Part shown: positions 1-11,994 of the stretch, one piece after another
Layout of the letters: every line of letters starts with the position of its first letter
Position numbering within the stretch: the stretch's first letter is position 1
NCBI GenBank assembly: GCA_023231475.1
Contig: JALJEE010002077.1
Coordinates: 1-61,308, forward strand
Source of the DNA: Seison nebaliae
Lineage: Eukaryota
Direction of reading: 5' to 3'
DNA length: 61,308 nt
Notes under the pieces: model-generated
The model's input: the letters and a program-made list of their open reading frames with translations, nothing else
The model's database searches: none
Told to the model about the DNA's origin: nothing
Position numbers and translations under genes: made by a program

Positions 1-15
1 TTCTTAATATTACAG

Positions 16-1475
16 AATATTGATAGATGCGTTTAAGAAGCAGAAAAATTGTATGAAAGTGATTCAGCATAAGATTTATTATAATAAGAATGGAGCAGTT
101 TTAGATGAAGATAAACCCAACGCTATTGTGAAATTTGAGGATTTGTGGAAGAATGGGAAATATTCTATCGTTTATTTTCAAATTTCTTTCCTATATTCAT
201 TTCTTATTAAATTAGTTTGATAGTTTATGTTTATATCAATTAGAACCGCGACAAAGGAAAAGTAAAGAGTTCAGATTAATTACCTCAGAACAAATAACTT
301 CTATCGACTTAATACGGTTTGTGGGAAGTCGAAAATTTGAAGATTTTACTTTGAGAACGATGTCATCAGGGATGTGGGGAATTTGTTCGTCGTCATTAAT
401 CGAAGATGATCCCGAACACAACAGTGATGTGGAATTGATAATTAATTCACAATTATCTGATTATTTTTCGAAGCATTTGGTTATCGGTGTTGACGAAGAA
501 GAGGAAGTGAATCATTTGATTGTGTGTGATCATTCTCTAGTCTCTACGAAAGAACTTCGACGTTTTAAGAAAAGTTTGTCAACTCGTATAATTAGAAAGA
601 GAGCACATTTATCCGTTCTCTGTAACCATAACAAATATTTCATGGAGAAAATATTTAATTTACCCGAATTCCTATTTATGTCAAATCCATTAATTAACGA
701 AACTGTTCATTGTCAGTTATTACAAGAGACAAGTAATTGTGGAATTAGAGATCGACCAAAAATTGCGTGTGAAATTAAATTACATTTAAGTTATTCACCA
801 CCATCTAATTCGTCATTAGGTACGTTGGTTATTTACAATTGTATCTCATCAAAAGCATTCATTAATTATCTCGATTTTGTTTATAATAAACGATTAATTA
901 TTGATGGATTAAATATGATTTATCCGAAATCATTCTATTACAAATCGAATATTCCATCGAAAGTTCTCGAAAACGACGTCATCCATTCTTCCACTAATAA
1001 TGATGATGATGATGTTGATGATGATGATGATGATGATGATGACTTTCCATTTGATAAGAATGATGAAGAAATTGGAGGAATTGACAATTTAAGACGATTA
1101 TTTCATGAAAGTAATGTGACAAAGAGAATTCGTCTACGAGCGAAAATTATGAAATTCTATAAAGATCATATCGTCAAATGTTGTGAACAAGTGTTTGATT
1201 TGTATATTCTATCTCTACAAGCACATGACGAATTGTGTCGTCTATTATGTTTCTGGATTCTCTTTGAACATGTTGATCAAGAAGCAAATCTTTGTCTCTA
1301 TCAACGTGCACTTCAACTCAAACGTTTCTTCAGTTTACAACAACTCATCAATTTACTCGAATGGAAACAGAATAGCCAATTCGAAAAAATTCTCAGTTCT
1401 CCCGAATTCTACAACATCAAAAACAACGGAATTCTCAAGAACATTATTCAACGATATTGTAATGAACGATTTTAA
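16..1475 (+). CDS. BTB/POZ-like domain protein, 5' end outside the window; exons 16-169 and 216-1475
   Basis: A phase-0 intron 170-215 (gtttat...attag) joins the 20..220 ORF frame to the 321..1475 frame. An acceptor tacag ends at 15. BTB-like segments KRAHLSVLCNHNKYF and FINYLDFVY are present, with a poly-Asp insert. Confidence 0.5.
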
Positions 1476-1696
1476 GAAAACTTTTTATTGTGAGATTGAA
1501 TATTTTTAAAGAAAATTTAAAAAAAAAACTTTTAACTAAAAAACAAAATCTTCTTTCATAGACAATTCTTTTTTAAATAAATTTAGTCGAGTCGTTTCTC
1601 CTCCAGAAATTAATGAAGAAAAGAAATTTTATTTGATATTTTTAGTAAATAAATTAGAAAATTAATTGTTAATTAATCATTAACTAAGAGAGTCTT

Positions 1697-1939
1697 CTAC
1701 AATTGAGAAATGGAACAGAATTCTTCTAATGTAATAACACCATCGCCATCTTTGTCATGTCGACGAAAGACGCTATCAATTTCAGGTTCACTCACACTTC
1801 CTCCAATCATTGAAGCGACTTCGTTTAACGCTCCCCGAACTTCGTCTCGTGTGATGACTCCATCACCATTCTTGTCCCATTGCTTGAACGTTCTCTCCAA
1901 TGCTTGACGAGAGAATCGTCGAACTTGATCTTCACTCAT
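1697..1939 (-). CDS. Small two-EF-hand calcium-binding protein (80 aa)
   Basis: Canonical EF loops DKNGDGVITRDE and DKDGDGVITLEE; single coding exon. Confidence 0.9.
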   Translation of the reverse strand: MSEDQVRRFSRQALERTFKQWDKNGDGVITRDEVRGALNEVASMIGGSVSEPEIDSVFRRHDKDGDGVITLEEFCSISQL

Positions 1940-2112
1940 TTTAATTTCGATTTATTCTTTTTCTTTCTGTTTAAACAAAGAGAAAATTTATGTTTATAAA
2001 CAAGTTTAACGAACACTTCATAAAACATCAAGAATGACATCATCGTTTTCTAATGAATAATTATTTTCTCTAAACTATTTTTCTTTCCTTATTCACTTTC
2101 TCATCGATTTAG

Positions 2113-2120
2113 TGACGTCA
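2113..2120. promoter_or_regulatory. Full CRE palindrome TGACGTCA in the shared upstream region of the two EF-hand genes
   Basis: Exact 8-mer in the ~200 bp divergent intergenic gap; function is unproven. Confidence 0.3.
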
Positions 2121-2137
2121 TTTTATCATCGGAAAAT

Positions 2138-2510
2138 ATGAGTGAATTGACAGCAGAACAATTGACAATGTGCCGCCATGTTTTCAGTCATTGGGATAGT
2201 GATTCGTCTGGATACATAAGTTAATTTTATTTTAATTGTTTCTTCAAATTCTGTTTTCTTTTTCTTCAAAATTAAATTACATTCTGATGAATAATTACAT
2301 GAATTCGTGACGATAAATAAAGAAAGAAAAGAATTAGAAGAAGCTTTATTACGACTAGCAGACAATGTTGGTAAAAAAGTGAATGTGGAAATGTTGGTAT
2401 CGGCATTCTTCGATATACACGATCGAAATGATGATGATAAGATAAGTTTAGAAGAATTTCTCACATTGTCCGGTCGACTATGCAAAGGTGAATGTGGTAT
2501 GAAGAACTGA
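2138..2510 (+). CDS. Small two-EF-hand calcium-binding protein; exons 2138-2219 and 2322-2510
   Basis: MSELTAEQLTMCRHVFSHW-DSDSSGYI, then intron 2220-2321 (gttaat...taaag) completes the 12-residue loop DSDSSGYIKRKE. The second loop is DRNDDDKISLEE. Confidence 0.8.
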
Positions 2511-2519
2511 ATAAATTTC

Positions 2520-3588
2520 CTATTCCAATGGCATCTGACTAAACAGATAAGATACCGATTCGCCATTATGTGTTCTACGTATTGCTTCCGAAAACATCAC
2601 TGACACATCGATGCACTAGAAAATTTAATTAATTTTTTCATTAAATTTCTCCTCTCTCGGATAAAAACAAACCTGAATTTTATCAGATAATCGCATTTTA
2701 TTCTCTTGTGGAATTGTATTAGAAACAACAACTGCATCAAATTTCGAATTGTTCAATCTAGTGATTGCTTGTCCTGATAAGATTCCATGAGTACAGATTG
2801 CATAAACTTTTTCAGCTCCACCTTCAATTAATCGATCACAAGCGAGACACATTGTTCCAAATGTATCTGCCATATCATCAACTAAAATGCACGTTCTCTC
2901 TTTTACATCTCCCACCAATACCATCGATGCTACTTCATTCGCTCGTTTTCTTTCTTTGTGTATAAGTGCAAATCCAGTATTTAATCGATCTGCAATTGCT
3001 GTTACTCGTTTAGCTCCACCAGCATCCGGTGAGACGACGATAGATGATTGGAAATTTTCGATGTTTTCTCTAATCCATTTGAGAACTGCCGGTTCGGCAT
3101 ATAAATTATCTACTGGAATATCGAAGAATCCTTGAATTTGAGATGCATGTAAATCCATAGTAATGATATGATCAGCACCAGCAACGATCAACATATTAGC
3201 GACTAATTTGGCAGTGATGGGTGCTCTCGATTTATCTTTCTTATCTTGTCTCGCATAAGGGAAACAAGGAATGACAGCAGTGACTCTTTCGGCTGAAGCA
3301 ATCTTACACGCATTAATCATTACCAATAATTCCATTAAATTATCATTTATTTCTCCACATCCTGATTGAATGATATAAACATCTTCACCTCGAACACTTT
3401 CTCCAATTTCCACACTGTCCAACAAAAGAAAAGGATGATGGAAATAATTGAAGAAGAATGGAAAACCATGTCTCTTGATTACTGAATTTTCGAAGTGTCG
3501 CTTTCGCCAAATTTAATCCTAAACGTCCAGCGATCAAATTCGCCAAATTAGGATGAGATGAACCGGCAAATATCTTTATGTTAGGCAT
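2520..3588 (-). CDS. PRPS1: Ribose-phosphate pyrophosphokinase; introns 3415-3466 and 2616-2672
   Basis: [13 protein letters not shown]...[30 protein letters not shown] and VDDMADT. The last exon is [31 protein letters not shown]. Confidence 0.97.
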
Positions 3589-4266
3589 CCCACGAGATTT
3601 CTTTAACTTGTTCCTGATTTGTTATTTCACTTTTTTCATTTGCTCAATTCTTCGATCTTATCATTTTTAATAGTTTTCTTTAGTTCACTCTCAATTCCAC
3701 TTGACATTGATCAGTGTCGATTGGACTCTCAACTTCGTTCATTAAAGTGATAGCCTACCTCCATTATCCTCCAAAATGGAATTTTATTTATTTTCTTATC
3801 GCTTTCTTCAAAAACCAACACTTCATTTACATTCAGTTGTTGTTATGAGAATAAACATATCTCCTCTCTTCTAATTGAATTTATATAAAGAATTATTTTA
3901 CATCTTTCAACAAATAACACTCCTCTCCATTTTATTTATATCAAATAATTCCTTCACTGATAAGGATAATAATTCTAATATAAACTTTAATCTCAATGTT
4001 ATCAAGATATATTAATTTCGAATAACATTAACTCGAATTCAAAATTGATCAAGGAACTGATGTTAGATGATCAAATGAAACAATTGTGAATAATATTAAT
4101 GTGAAAAAAAAAATTTTTATAATATTAAAAAAATATTAAAAATAAAAAATCGGAATATTATTATGAAGATGTTTGTTGTTGACTCTATGTAAAACTTTAG
4201 TAGAATATCAAAATGAAATTGAATGAAATAATTATCAATATAAATAATTTGGTCAGAAAAAAATAA

Positions 4267-5601
4267 TCACCACGGGTAACATGGATCTGGACACTTTCGC
4301 TTGTAACTGATCAGTTGATTGGTTTGGGCCGACATTATTACCGTATAAGTACTCAATTTATTGAGAACGGGTATGGTGGATAAGACATTATATAAAGAAG
4401 AATTATTGAACGTATCTCCCGATTGTTTCATACAAAATATTCCAGGAGTACGTCGATCATCGATAAACAACGGTTTCTTCCAATGATCATAATTGGTTTG
4501 GAGAAGAAAAGAAGAAGAATAATTGGCAGTACCGATATCGACTATGTCGCTGTGACCTTCTTCCGGCCATCTAGTGATAACAGCACCTTCTTTCGCATTA
4601 GATCCAGAAATCGTATAATAAATAGGAGCGACGATTTTGTCGGTGGCTAATTTGTGTTTAACTTCAGTATAATTCAAATCCATTTCTGCTAATTGTCTGG
4701 AAAGTAGAGTGTTCCACATGGCACTATGATCTCCCATCATCCACTGGATGATTCCTTTCATTCCACTCTCACTGAATTTATCAAATCGACTATTAACTGT
4801 CAAAGAGAAAATATCCTAAATAATTTGTAAATTATTTAAAAAGAGAAAAAAATTATAATTGAACATTCTTCATAATTGTCAAAGCGCCCACATAACCGAC
4901 GTATGAAACCATTTCATAAAAAACTTTACCATTCTTCACAAATTTCACATTTCTTAATAACGGTTTCAATTTCTCTTCAATCGACCACGTATGATTTCGC
5001 ACATCCCAACTGCTTACATTAATTATTTAATAATTAATAATAATAAAATTAAATTGATAATTTTAGGAAACTAATCGAACCCCATAAATATTCCAAAATC
5101 GAGATTTCTTGCATGAATAATCTCATTATCTTTCGTTTTGGCCACGATAGATGTGCAAAGAGCAGTCGCTTCATACATGATATTAAAGAGAACAATATCT
5201 CCCAATTCAATGTTGGTAGCATCACTAATACCGATCATTTCACTACGAAAAGGTTCGGGTAATTTATCAACAAAAATTGACTAAAATTACTTATTAAATT
5301 AAATTCTAAAATTCTTTCTAACTAAATCCCATTCAAGTAGAACAACGATCTCTTTGAAATATTTCGACCATTCTTCTAAATAATGTTTAAATTCATTTAT
5401 TAATGAGGCGATATCGTTAGACATTGGTGCTGCGATCGACCTCCAACGATCGATTGGTGCATCATCCAGATTGAGAACGACATCTTCAATCTTATCTTTA
5501 GCTATTGGCGGCCAAGCATCGTCCACACACTTAATTGATGCATTCGCCAAAGAAACAGACAAACAGGCAAACAAAATAAAAAGAATAACGCTTGAATTCA
5601 T
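4267..5601 (-). CDS. ASAH1: Acid ceramidase (Ntn hydrolase); introns 5281-5322, 5010-5080 and 4816-4864
   Basis: Signal peptide, nucleophile motif YEATAL-CTSIVA, HARNLDFG, QTNYDHW, DDRRTPG and C-terminal CPDPCYPW. Confidence 0.93.
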
Positions 5602-6053
5602 TGGATATTATTGTGTAATCTAAACAAACCGATTTATCTCATTCCAAACATAGTTTTCAAATAAATAAAAATGTTTTCAACTCCATTCAACATTATTAAG
5701 AATATTACAGGAAAAATTAAAATTCGAATTTTAAGCTTCGATATTCAGATAAGTCATTTCATAAAACTTTATCATTTTTTCCCGTTTCCTTATTTATATC
5801 TTCCACATTGTTCACTTATTAGTCAACTGTTGAATTGGAGATTCGATCATGCTGCTGATTGAGCTCACAGTTTGTAGTAAAAGAATGAATAATTGAAGAT
5901 GTTGAAGAAGGATGAAGAAAATTAAAGTTAAAAAACTTTAAATTAATTGAGATATTATTGTGAAAGGAACGAGGAATTTAATTTTTGGTTTTCTCGTTAT
6001 TTCGCCTACCCTCCAAAAATAAAACACATATAAAGTGTTTTTATTTATGAAAT

Positions 6054-6741
6054 ATGAATTTTGAAGATGAAGTGTCTTCGGATTCAAGTAACTCGAATTC
6101 AATCGAATCAAAAGTGAATTATTTTAAGAATTCACCTCCACTTCTCACTTATCCACACAACATTTCACAAGCGAACGATGACACTCATTCTGAAATCAAG
6201 AACCCAACTAGAGAAATGGAACTGTTGAATGAGGAAATGAAAGATTTAAGAAATGTTCTCTATGAAAATTTCCAAAAATCGGCACTGATAATCACAGAAA
6301 TTTATAAGAAAAATAACGTACCCTACTCTCAATTCCAAGAGGCGGCTACCGCCATTGCTACTTTATACACAGGTTAATATTCTTCTCTTGAACACTTTTC
6401 CTTTTATTCAATGAGATTTATGCTGTTCAGGAGGAGCGAACGCATTAGCCGAAGCGCTGGAGAAAGGAAAACGTCTCGGTGAATTAAAACACAGATTAAA
6501 GCACAACCCAATTACTCATTCTCGTGGACGGAAAAAGAAACTATGTAAGAATGTTAATCTTAATTCAATCATTTTTTTCAATAATTTATCTCCAATTCAG
6601 TTCATCAATTCCCCAATGAAAGTCAGAGCTGCTCCCAAACGACATCTGAGTATGACGGACACCTTCGACAAAGCGGTGAGCGATTGTACAAAGAACAGAT
6701 GGGATTGTTACAGTCAAATGAGAAAGAGAATGAAAAGATAA
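6054..6741 (+). CDS. HAPSTR1: HAPSTR1/C16orf72 (DUF4588)-like protein; introns 6373-6430 and probably 6553-6600
   Basis: The duplicated motif LYENFQKSALIITEIYK / YSQFQEAATAIATLY resembles the FQNSATAVAQLYK / FQNAATAVTNLYK repeats of C16orf72 (from memory). The C-terminus RKRMKR* is basic. The second donor is ambiguous. Confidence 0.65.
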
Positions 6742-7064
6742 AATTTGATATATATTTTTTTTAGATTTTATTTTATAAATATATTCACTTTCCACAATTC
6801 AACTCATCTCCTTCTCTCCTTTTCTTTTTTTTTCTCTTCACATTAAAAACTTTCGAAAAAAGATTATGACGAGATGTAAATTTAAGATTTAAGTAACATA
6901 ATATTTACTTCTTTCATTTATTGTTCCCAAGGAAATATTCATCATCTTCCATTATTTATTTCATTTCGTTTTGAGATAATAGTTGAGATTTTGAATAGTC
7001 ATTTCCTTTTTCAATTAACTTCACACCTTTGGGCGAATTGTGTTTAATTTCTGTTCATTTTTAG

Positions 7065-10000
7065 AGTATTCTCAACAGAAGATTATAATAAGACAAATGC
7101 ATCATAACGATGATGGATTGAAATTTTCAGAAAATTTTTTAAGGAGAACGGAAGATTTAAAGGTGATTTTAGAGGAAGTGAATTCACCAGAAATCAATTG
7201 GCATTTGAGTGAAGAATACATATCGTCCGTTTTCGACTTGAACACAAAATATGAAAATGTATTATTCGTATACAGTTGCGATGACAAGTTCATTGGCTGT
7301 GTTTGTTCAGGAGAGATGTTCGAAAATGAAATAATATTTGGAATGTTACTCATTCGTCGATCTCATCAAAGTCGTGGAATTGGAACTCTATTATTAAAGA
7401 AATTCTTTCAGAAAATCGACAAGAAGAAAAGTTATTTATTTCTATTTTGTAATTAGATGTTTATGGAGAAGTGGAAGATGTTCCAAAAATAGATATATAT
7501 TGAGAAATAAGTTCATTTCAAATTCGTTAAATTGGGAATGGGAAAATGATTTTTAATTCTTATTCTCTTCTGTTTCACTTCAATTTTTTTTATTTTCCAA
7601 ACAAACAACTCTTTGAGAGAGATCTATAAAAATTAAAAGTTGCTAGGCAGGAGACGATTTGTTGTTGAATATCGTTCGGAACGGGAAATTGGGAATCATT
7701 CCTTCCACCATGTCTTTTAGGAGATAATTACTGAGATCATAAGTCAGGAAGAATGATCGAAGTGCTTTCCTCCTCTAAGTATTGGGTGTTGAGGAAAGTT
7801 CGTGCCAATTATGTTTATTCGTTATGGTTTGAAAAAAATACTTCTCATTGTTATCCTCGAATGGATATGATGCAGAAGAATAGTGGAGAAGATGCACTTT
7901 TCTCTCGTCTCAAAATGAAATCATATCAACCATGTTTCACTGAAGATGGTAAATTGCAACCGAAAGAAAAACGTCGTCCTGATTTAAATCACAAACGAGT
8001 CCAACATATCGATCCACATTATGAACCAACACCAGAAAGGAAAGCTCAAGTAAGTTTTGATCGTGGATCAGATAAAGGAACGATAGCTGCATTTGATGCG
8101 AATAATAATAATAATAATGAAGAAGGTGAGAAGAAGGATGAGGAGGATGATGATTTGTTATCGTCATTAGATGAGATTCAAGCAGAATGTCCATGTGTTG
8201 CTTATGTACATATGGCAACAAATAAATTATTGATACCAGAAGATCATTTAGATAATATTCCTTTATTTCTCGATAAACATTTCCCAATGATGAAATGTCA
8301 GGGAACTGTCGATGTGTTTATCGGAGTGTTTGGTGTATTTGAAGGATCAAGTGTTTATATTCTTTTAGGTATAGGGAAGAATCGAATTGCAGAATTTCGT
8401 GGTCATTCTATTAATCGATTGAACGATATAATTATTCTTTCAATTAATGACGATAATGATTTATCATCAACTTTCGATTTCCATTTTTCCTATTGTTCAA
8501 TTTGTGATAAAGGACAAAAGAAACCAGGAAAAGCGAAGTTGAAAGGACATGCTGCTTTCTTTTCTGCACTCTCTGGATCATCACAAAGAAGAAAAAAATT
8601 AGAAATAAAAATTTTAACAGATGTTCTCAAACTTTTCAATGAATTATCTTGTTTCTACTATTGTCCTACATATGATATCACCACTTCTTTACAACGTCAA
8701 CAATCCAATCTTTATATATCTCACAAAGAGCCTTGGGAACGTGCTGATGATCGATTTTTTTGGAATAAAGCATTACTCCAATGTTTCTTCTCTACTAATA
8801 ATATTAAGAGTTGGATCGTTCCAATAATTCAAGGATTCGTCTCTCAAGCATCACTCGCTTATCTCAATCGAGATAATACGAAACGTCATATGTATATCAT
8901 TCTCATTTCACGTCGTTCACGTTATCGAGCTGGTATGAGATATCGTACGAGAGGTACAGACGCTAATGGACGAGTAGCAAATTATGTGGAAACTGAACAA
9001 ATTCTTTATATTCCTGAACATAATGTCATAACGTCATTTGTAGTTGTTCGTGGTTCAGTACCATTATTTTGGAAGCAACCTGGAAAAGATTATCGTCCAA
9101 TTGTTTTAATGCAGAAAACACTTGTTGAGAATACGAGTGCATTTGAAAATCATTTCGATCGAGAGATCGATTTGTATGGTGATGTTGCCGTTTTGAATTT
9201 GGTGGACCAAGTGGGCAAAAGTGAACCACGATTATTTTATGATTTCCTTTATCACGTCCTCCGATACAATTCCCAACATTTACATTTTGTGGGATTCGAT
9301 TTTCATGCTGAATGTAAAGGATTACGATTCGATAAAGCTATTATGGTTGTCGATTATTTAAGAAGTAAATTAGAATATTGGGGATTCTTTTGGTTGTCAG
9401 GAAATCGTATAAAGAAAATCCAACGTGGTGTATGTCGTGTTAATTGTGTGGATTGTCTCGATCGAACGAACGTTATGCAAATGACATTAGCTAAATTTCT
9501 TTTATTGTTCACTTTCAAAAAATTGGGAGTTGTGAGAGATAATGCTCATTTCCCTGAAATTTATCGTCGAACATTCCAACGAGTTTGGGCAGATAATGGA
9601 GATGCCATTTCAAATATGTATGCAGGTACAGGTGCTTTGAAAGCTGATTATACAAGAACGGGACGAAGAAAGATGCAAGGAGTAATGCAAGATGGAATGA
9701 AATCAGTTAATAGATATGTAAATAAATTATTTCGAGATGCAGCGAAAAATGCAGCTATAAATGCATTAACAATGGCACATTTGTTAACATTCGAACGTGT
9801 AACAACTGATGATAAGAGATTTAATGGGAAAGAAAGTGATGCCAATTCTGTTTTGTCTGGTCGTGAACAAGATCCGATTGATTGGAATCAAAAAATGAGT
9901 GTCTTCCACAAAGTGATTGGAAATGCTCAGAAACTATTAGCGAGTGTTGATGAGAAAGCGAAAACGTATCAATTGTGTGATCCTTCAGATAAACAATATT

Positions 10001-11894
10001 ATGTCGTTATGGCTGATCGAGCAAGAAATGAAAATGATAAATGTGATATATCTGTCTTCTTCTTACGAACTAAGAAGAAAGATGATGATAATCCATCACA
10101 TCTTGATGTTGATTCAAATAGTGATCTAACAGCTTCATCCGATACTTATTCAACAACAACTACTTATTCTGATATCAATGATACGGAAAGTAAAGTAGTA
10201 CCAATGAATAATAATCAGAATAATTTTTTTTGGAATTTGAACAATTCAGCGAAATCTCATAAGAAACAAAAAGGGAATATTATCGGAATAACATTAGATG
10301 TTATCGATCCGAACATTATTGTACTAATCTCCAAATCACACATTCTCGTCGCCACCATTTCTATGAGGAAAACGAAGAAATGTAAACAACATATTTGCGA
10401 ACCAGAATTCATATCGTTAGAATCTATTACAGAATTGAACATCATTTATTCACCGGAAGTCAATTTTTATTCTTGTTATTCTTTATACATTTCTTACGGA
10501 CCGAAAAAAAGTTTTCATTTAGAATGTGCCAATTATCGACCATTTCTTTTTGAGAATACCGTTTTCATGTTCTATACCGATACTGATGTCAAAGATTATA
10601 TTACATCATTAGTATGTGCAATTTATAATTCGGTATTTAATTTAACTGGAAAAGGAATTACCATTACTACAGGTAACCAACGTATTGATCGAACATATTC
10701 ATTTATTCATTCGCAACAACTTCTCTTGACGAAAGGTCTTCAAAACGAAATCATTTCTGAACCTGACCAATCGAGAGGACAAGGATCGAATGTATTCGAT
10801 GATGTTCTTTCACGTAGTCGTTTATCTATCGAACTAACAAAATTAGGTAACAAGTTCAGTCAATTGAAAGAAAGTATTTCAAATAGATTAGGAGGGAATG
10901 CTAATCAGGATGATGCAGCTTCCGATAGACCGAATGCATCGGTTGCTGATAATGATCCCGATCATTCAGCAGCAGATGACGAAGATAATGATGATGATGA
11001 TGATAAAAAAGAAGGTGTAAAAAAAACTTGTCCTCTACCATATCTCCAGAACATTAAACAGAATTTATCTAAAACCAGGACACGTGTTACCATAGTAACG
11101 GAAGGAAAGAGTCAGAGTGGCGCCTATGCAACTTTGCAACTATAAAACTTTTTTATTAATAATTTTTTTGTCAGTTATTCTCATTTCGAAGAAATTTTTT
11201 ATTTTATTTATTTTTAATTCCTTCTCTCTCAATCTCATACAATTGCACAGATATTGGAGCGTTTGCTATTTATGATAAATTATCATTTTATGAAAGCAAA
11301 TTCGATTTACGAATAAAATCTTCAATTTGTTTCGAATGTGTCGTGACACTATGTCAGGAGAAACATTTAGAACGAATTGAAGTACTTCTAAAGAATTCTT
11401 TAAATGATATTGGTTCGATAGTCGAAGTGAAAAACGAAAATGATTTAAAACTCTTATTGGAATATGACGAAGAGATATTTCCGGGCTGTACTGATTATCG
11501 GAGAGAATACATCTCAATATTCTCGAAATTACATTGTGTCAAAGTATTTATTATCATCAAAAAAGACAAGTCCATCGGAGGTTATGCCATGGGAATTGTA
11601 GACAACAAGTTTAGCATAAGAATGACACCGGTCTATGGAAATAGTGCGAAAGAACAAACATGTTTAATGTTAATGGGAATGAAGGAAATTATTAAATTGA
11701 ATCCCATTGATGGGAGATGTTTTTTCACTTACTTCCAAAACAATCAACAATGTCTAAAGATCTTACAATCGGAGATTGGAGATGATTTTAAAGTCAATTT
11801 AAAAATGCAACAGATCTACAATAATCGAATTCCTAAAATGGAGAGCAATCCATTTGTTTTCTCTGTCTCTTCGTTGGATACGATGAACTTTTGA
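7065..11894 (+). CDS. Two-domain GNAT acetyltransferase (N-terminal GNAT plus YitH/Acetyltransf_18-like domain); exons ~7065-7430 and 11251-11894, start uncertain
   Basis: Motif A HQSRGIGTLL lies in the first part. A phase-1 intron 7431-11250 (gttatt...gcacag) gives IDKKK-N-IGAFAIYDKLSFYESKFDL (motif-B-like) and continues in frame into LLEYDEEIFPG..R...GYAM...MTPVYG. Confidence 0.7.
7753..11145 (+). CDS. INPP5F: SAC-domain phosphoinositide phosphatase, INPP5F/Sac2-like, intronless (1130 aa)
   Basis: RFFWNK, SRRSRYRAGMRY...VANYVETEQ, RGSVPLFW, catalytic RVNCVDCLDRTN (CX5R) and NGDAISNMYAGTGALK. The RAGMRY and RVNC motifs and the long C-terminus favour INPP5F over SAC1. Confidence 0.8.
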   Translation: MIEVLSSSKYWVLRKVRANYVYSLWFEKNTSHCYPRMDMMQKNSGEDALFSRLKMKSYQPCFTEDGKLQPKEKRRPDLNHKRVQHIDPHYEPTPERKAQVSFDRGSDKGTIAAFDANNNNNNEEGEKKDEEDDDLLSSLDEIQAECPCVAYVHMATNKLLIPEDHLDNIPLFLDKHFPMMKCQGTVDVFIGVFGVFEGSSVYILLGIGKNRIAEFRGHSINRLNDIIILSINDDNDLSSTFDFHFSYCSICDKGQKKPGKAKLKGHAAFFSALSGSSQRRKKLEIKILTDVLKLFNELSCFYYCPTYDITTSLQRQQSNLYISHKEPWERADDRFFWNKALLQCFFSTNNIKSWIVPIIQGFVSQASLAYLNRDNTKRHMYIILISRRSRYRAGMRYRTRGTDANGRVANYVETEQILYIPEHNVITSFVVVRGSVPLFWKQPGKDYRPIVLMQKTLVENTSAFENHFDREIDLYGDVAVLNLVDQVGKSEPRLFYDFLYHVLRYNSQHLHFVGFDFHAECKGLRFDKAIMVVDYLRSKLEYWGFFWLSGNRIKKIQRGVCRVNCVDCLDRTNVMQMTLAKFLLLFTFKKLGVVRDNAHFPEIYRRTFQRVWADNGDAISNMYAGTGALKADYTRTGRRKMQGVMQDGMKSVNRYVNKLFRDAAKNAAINALTMAHLLTFERVTTDDKRFNGKESDANSVLSGREQDPIDWNQKMSVFHKVIGNAQKLLASVDEKAKTYQLCDPSDKQYYVVMADRARNENDKCDISVFFLRTKKKDDDNPSHLDVDSNSDLTASSDTYSTTTTYSDINDTESKVVPMNNNQNNFFWNLNNSAKSHKKQKGNIIGITLDVIDPNIIVLISKSHILVATISMRKTKKCKQHICEPEFISLESITELNIIYSPEVNFYSCYSLYISYGPKKSFHLECANYRPFLFENTVFMFYTDTDVKDYITSLVCAIYNSVFNLTGKGITITTGNQRIDRTYSFIHSQQLLLTKGLQNEIISEPDQSRGQGSNVFDDVLSRSRLSIELTKLGNKFSQLKESISNRLGGNANQDDAASDRPNASVADNDPDHSAADDEDNDDDDDKKEGVKKTCPLPYLQNIKQNLSKTRTRVTIVTEGKSQSGAYATLQL

Positions 11895-11994
11895 TCTAAT
11901 AAAATTTTAATTTTTTTGATAAATTTAATTTAAAAGTAAGATAAATAAGAAAATGATTAAAAGAATTAAATTAAGTTTATAATAATTTACCGGA

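Noticed and set aside
7431..7550. Stop-codon readthrough or a variant genetic code after the GNAT ORF (in-frame TAG/TAA)
   Set aside because: TAA, TAG and TGA all end conserved genes here, and the long-intron model explains the missing half better.
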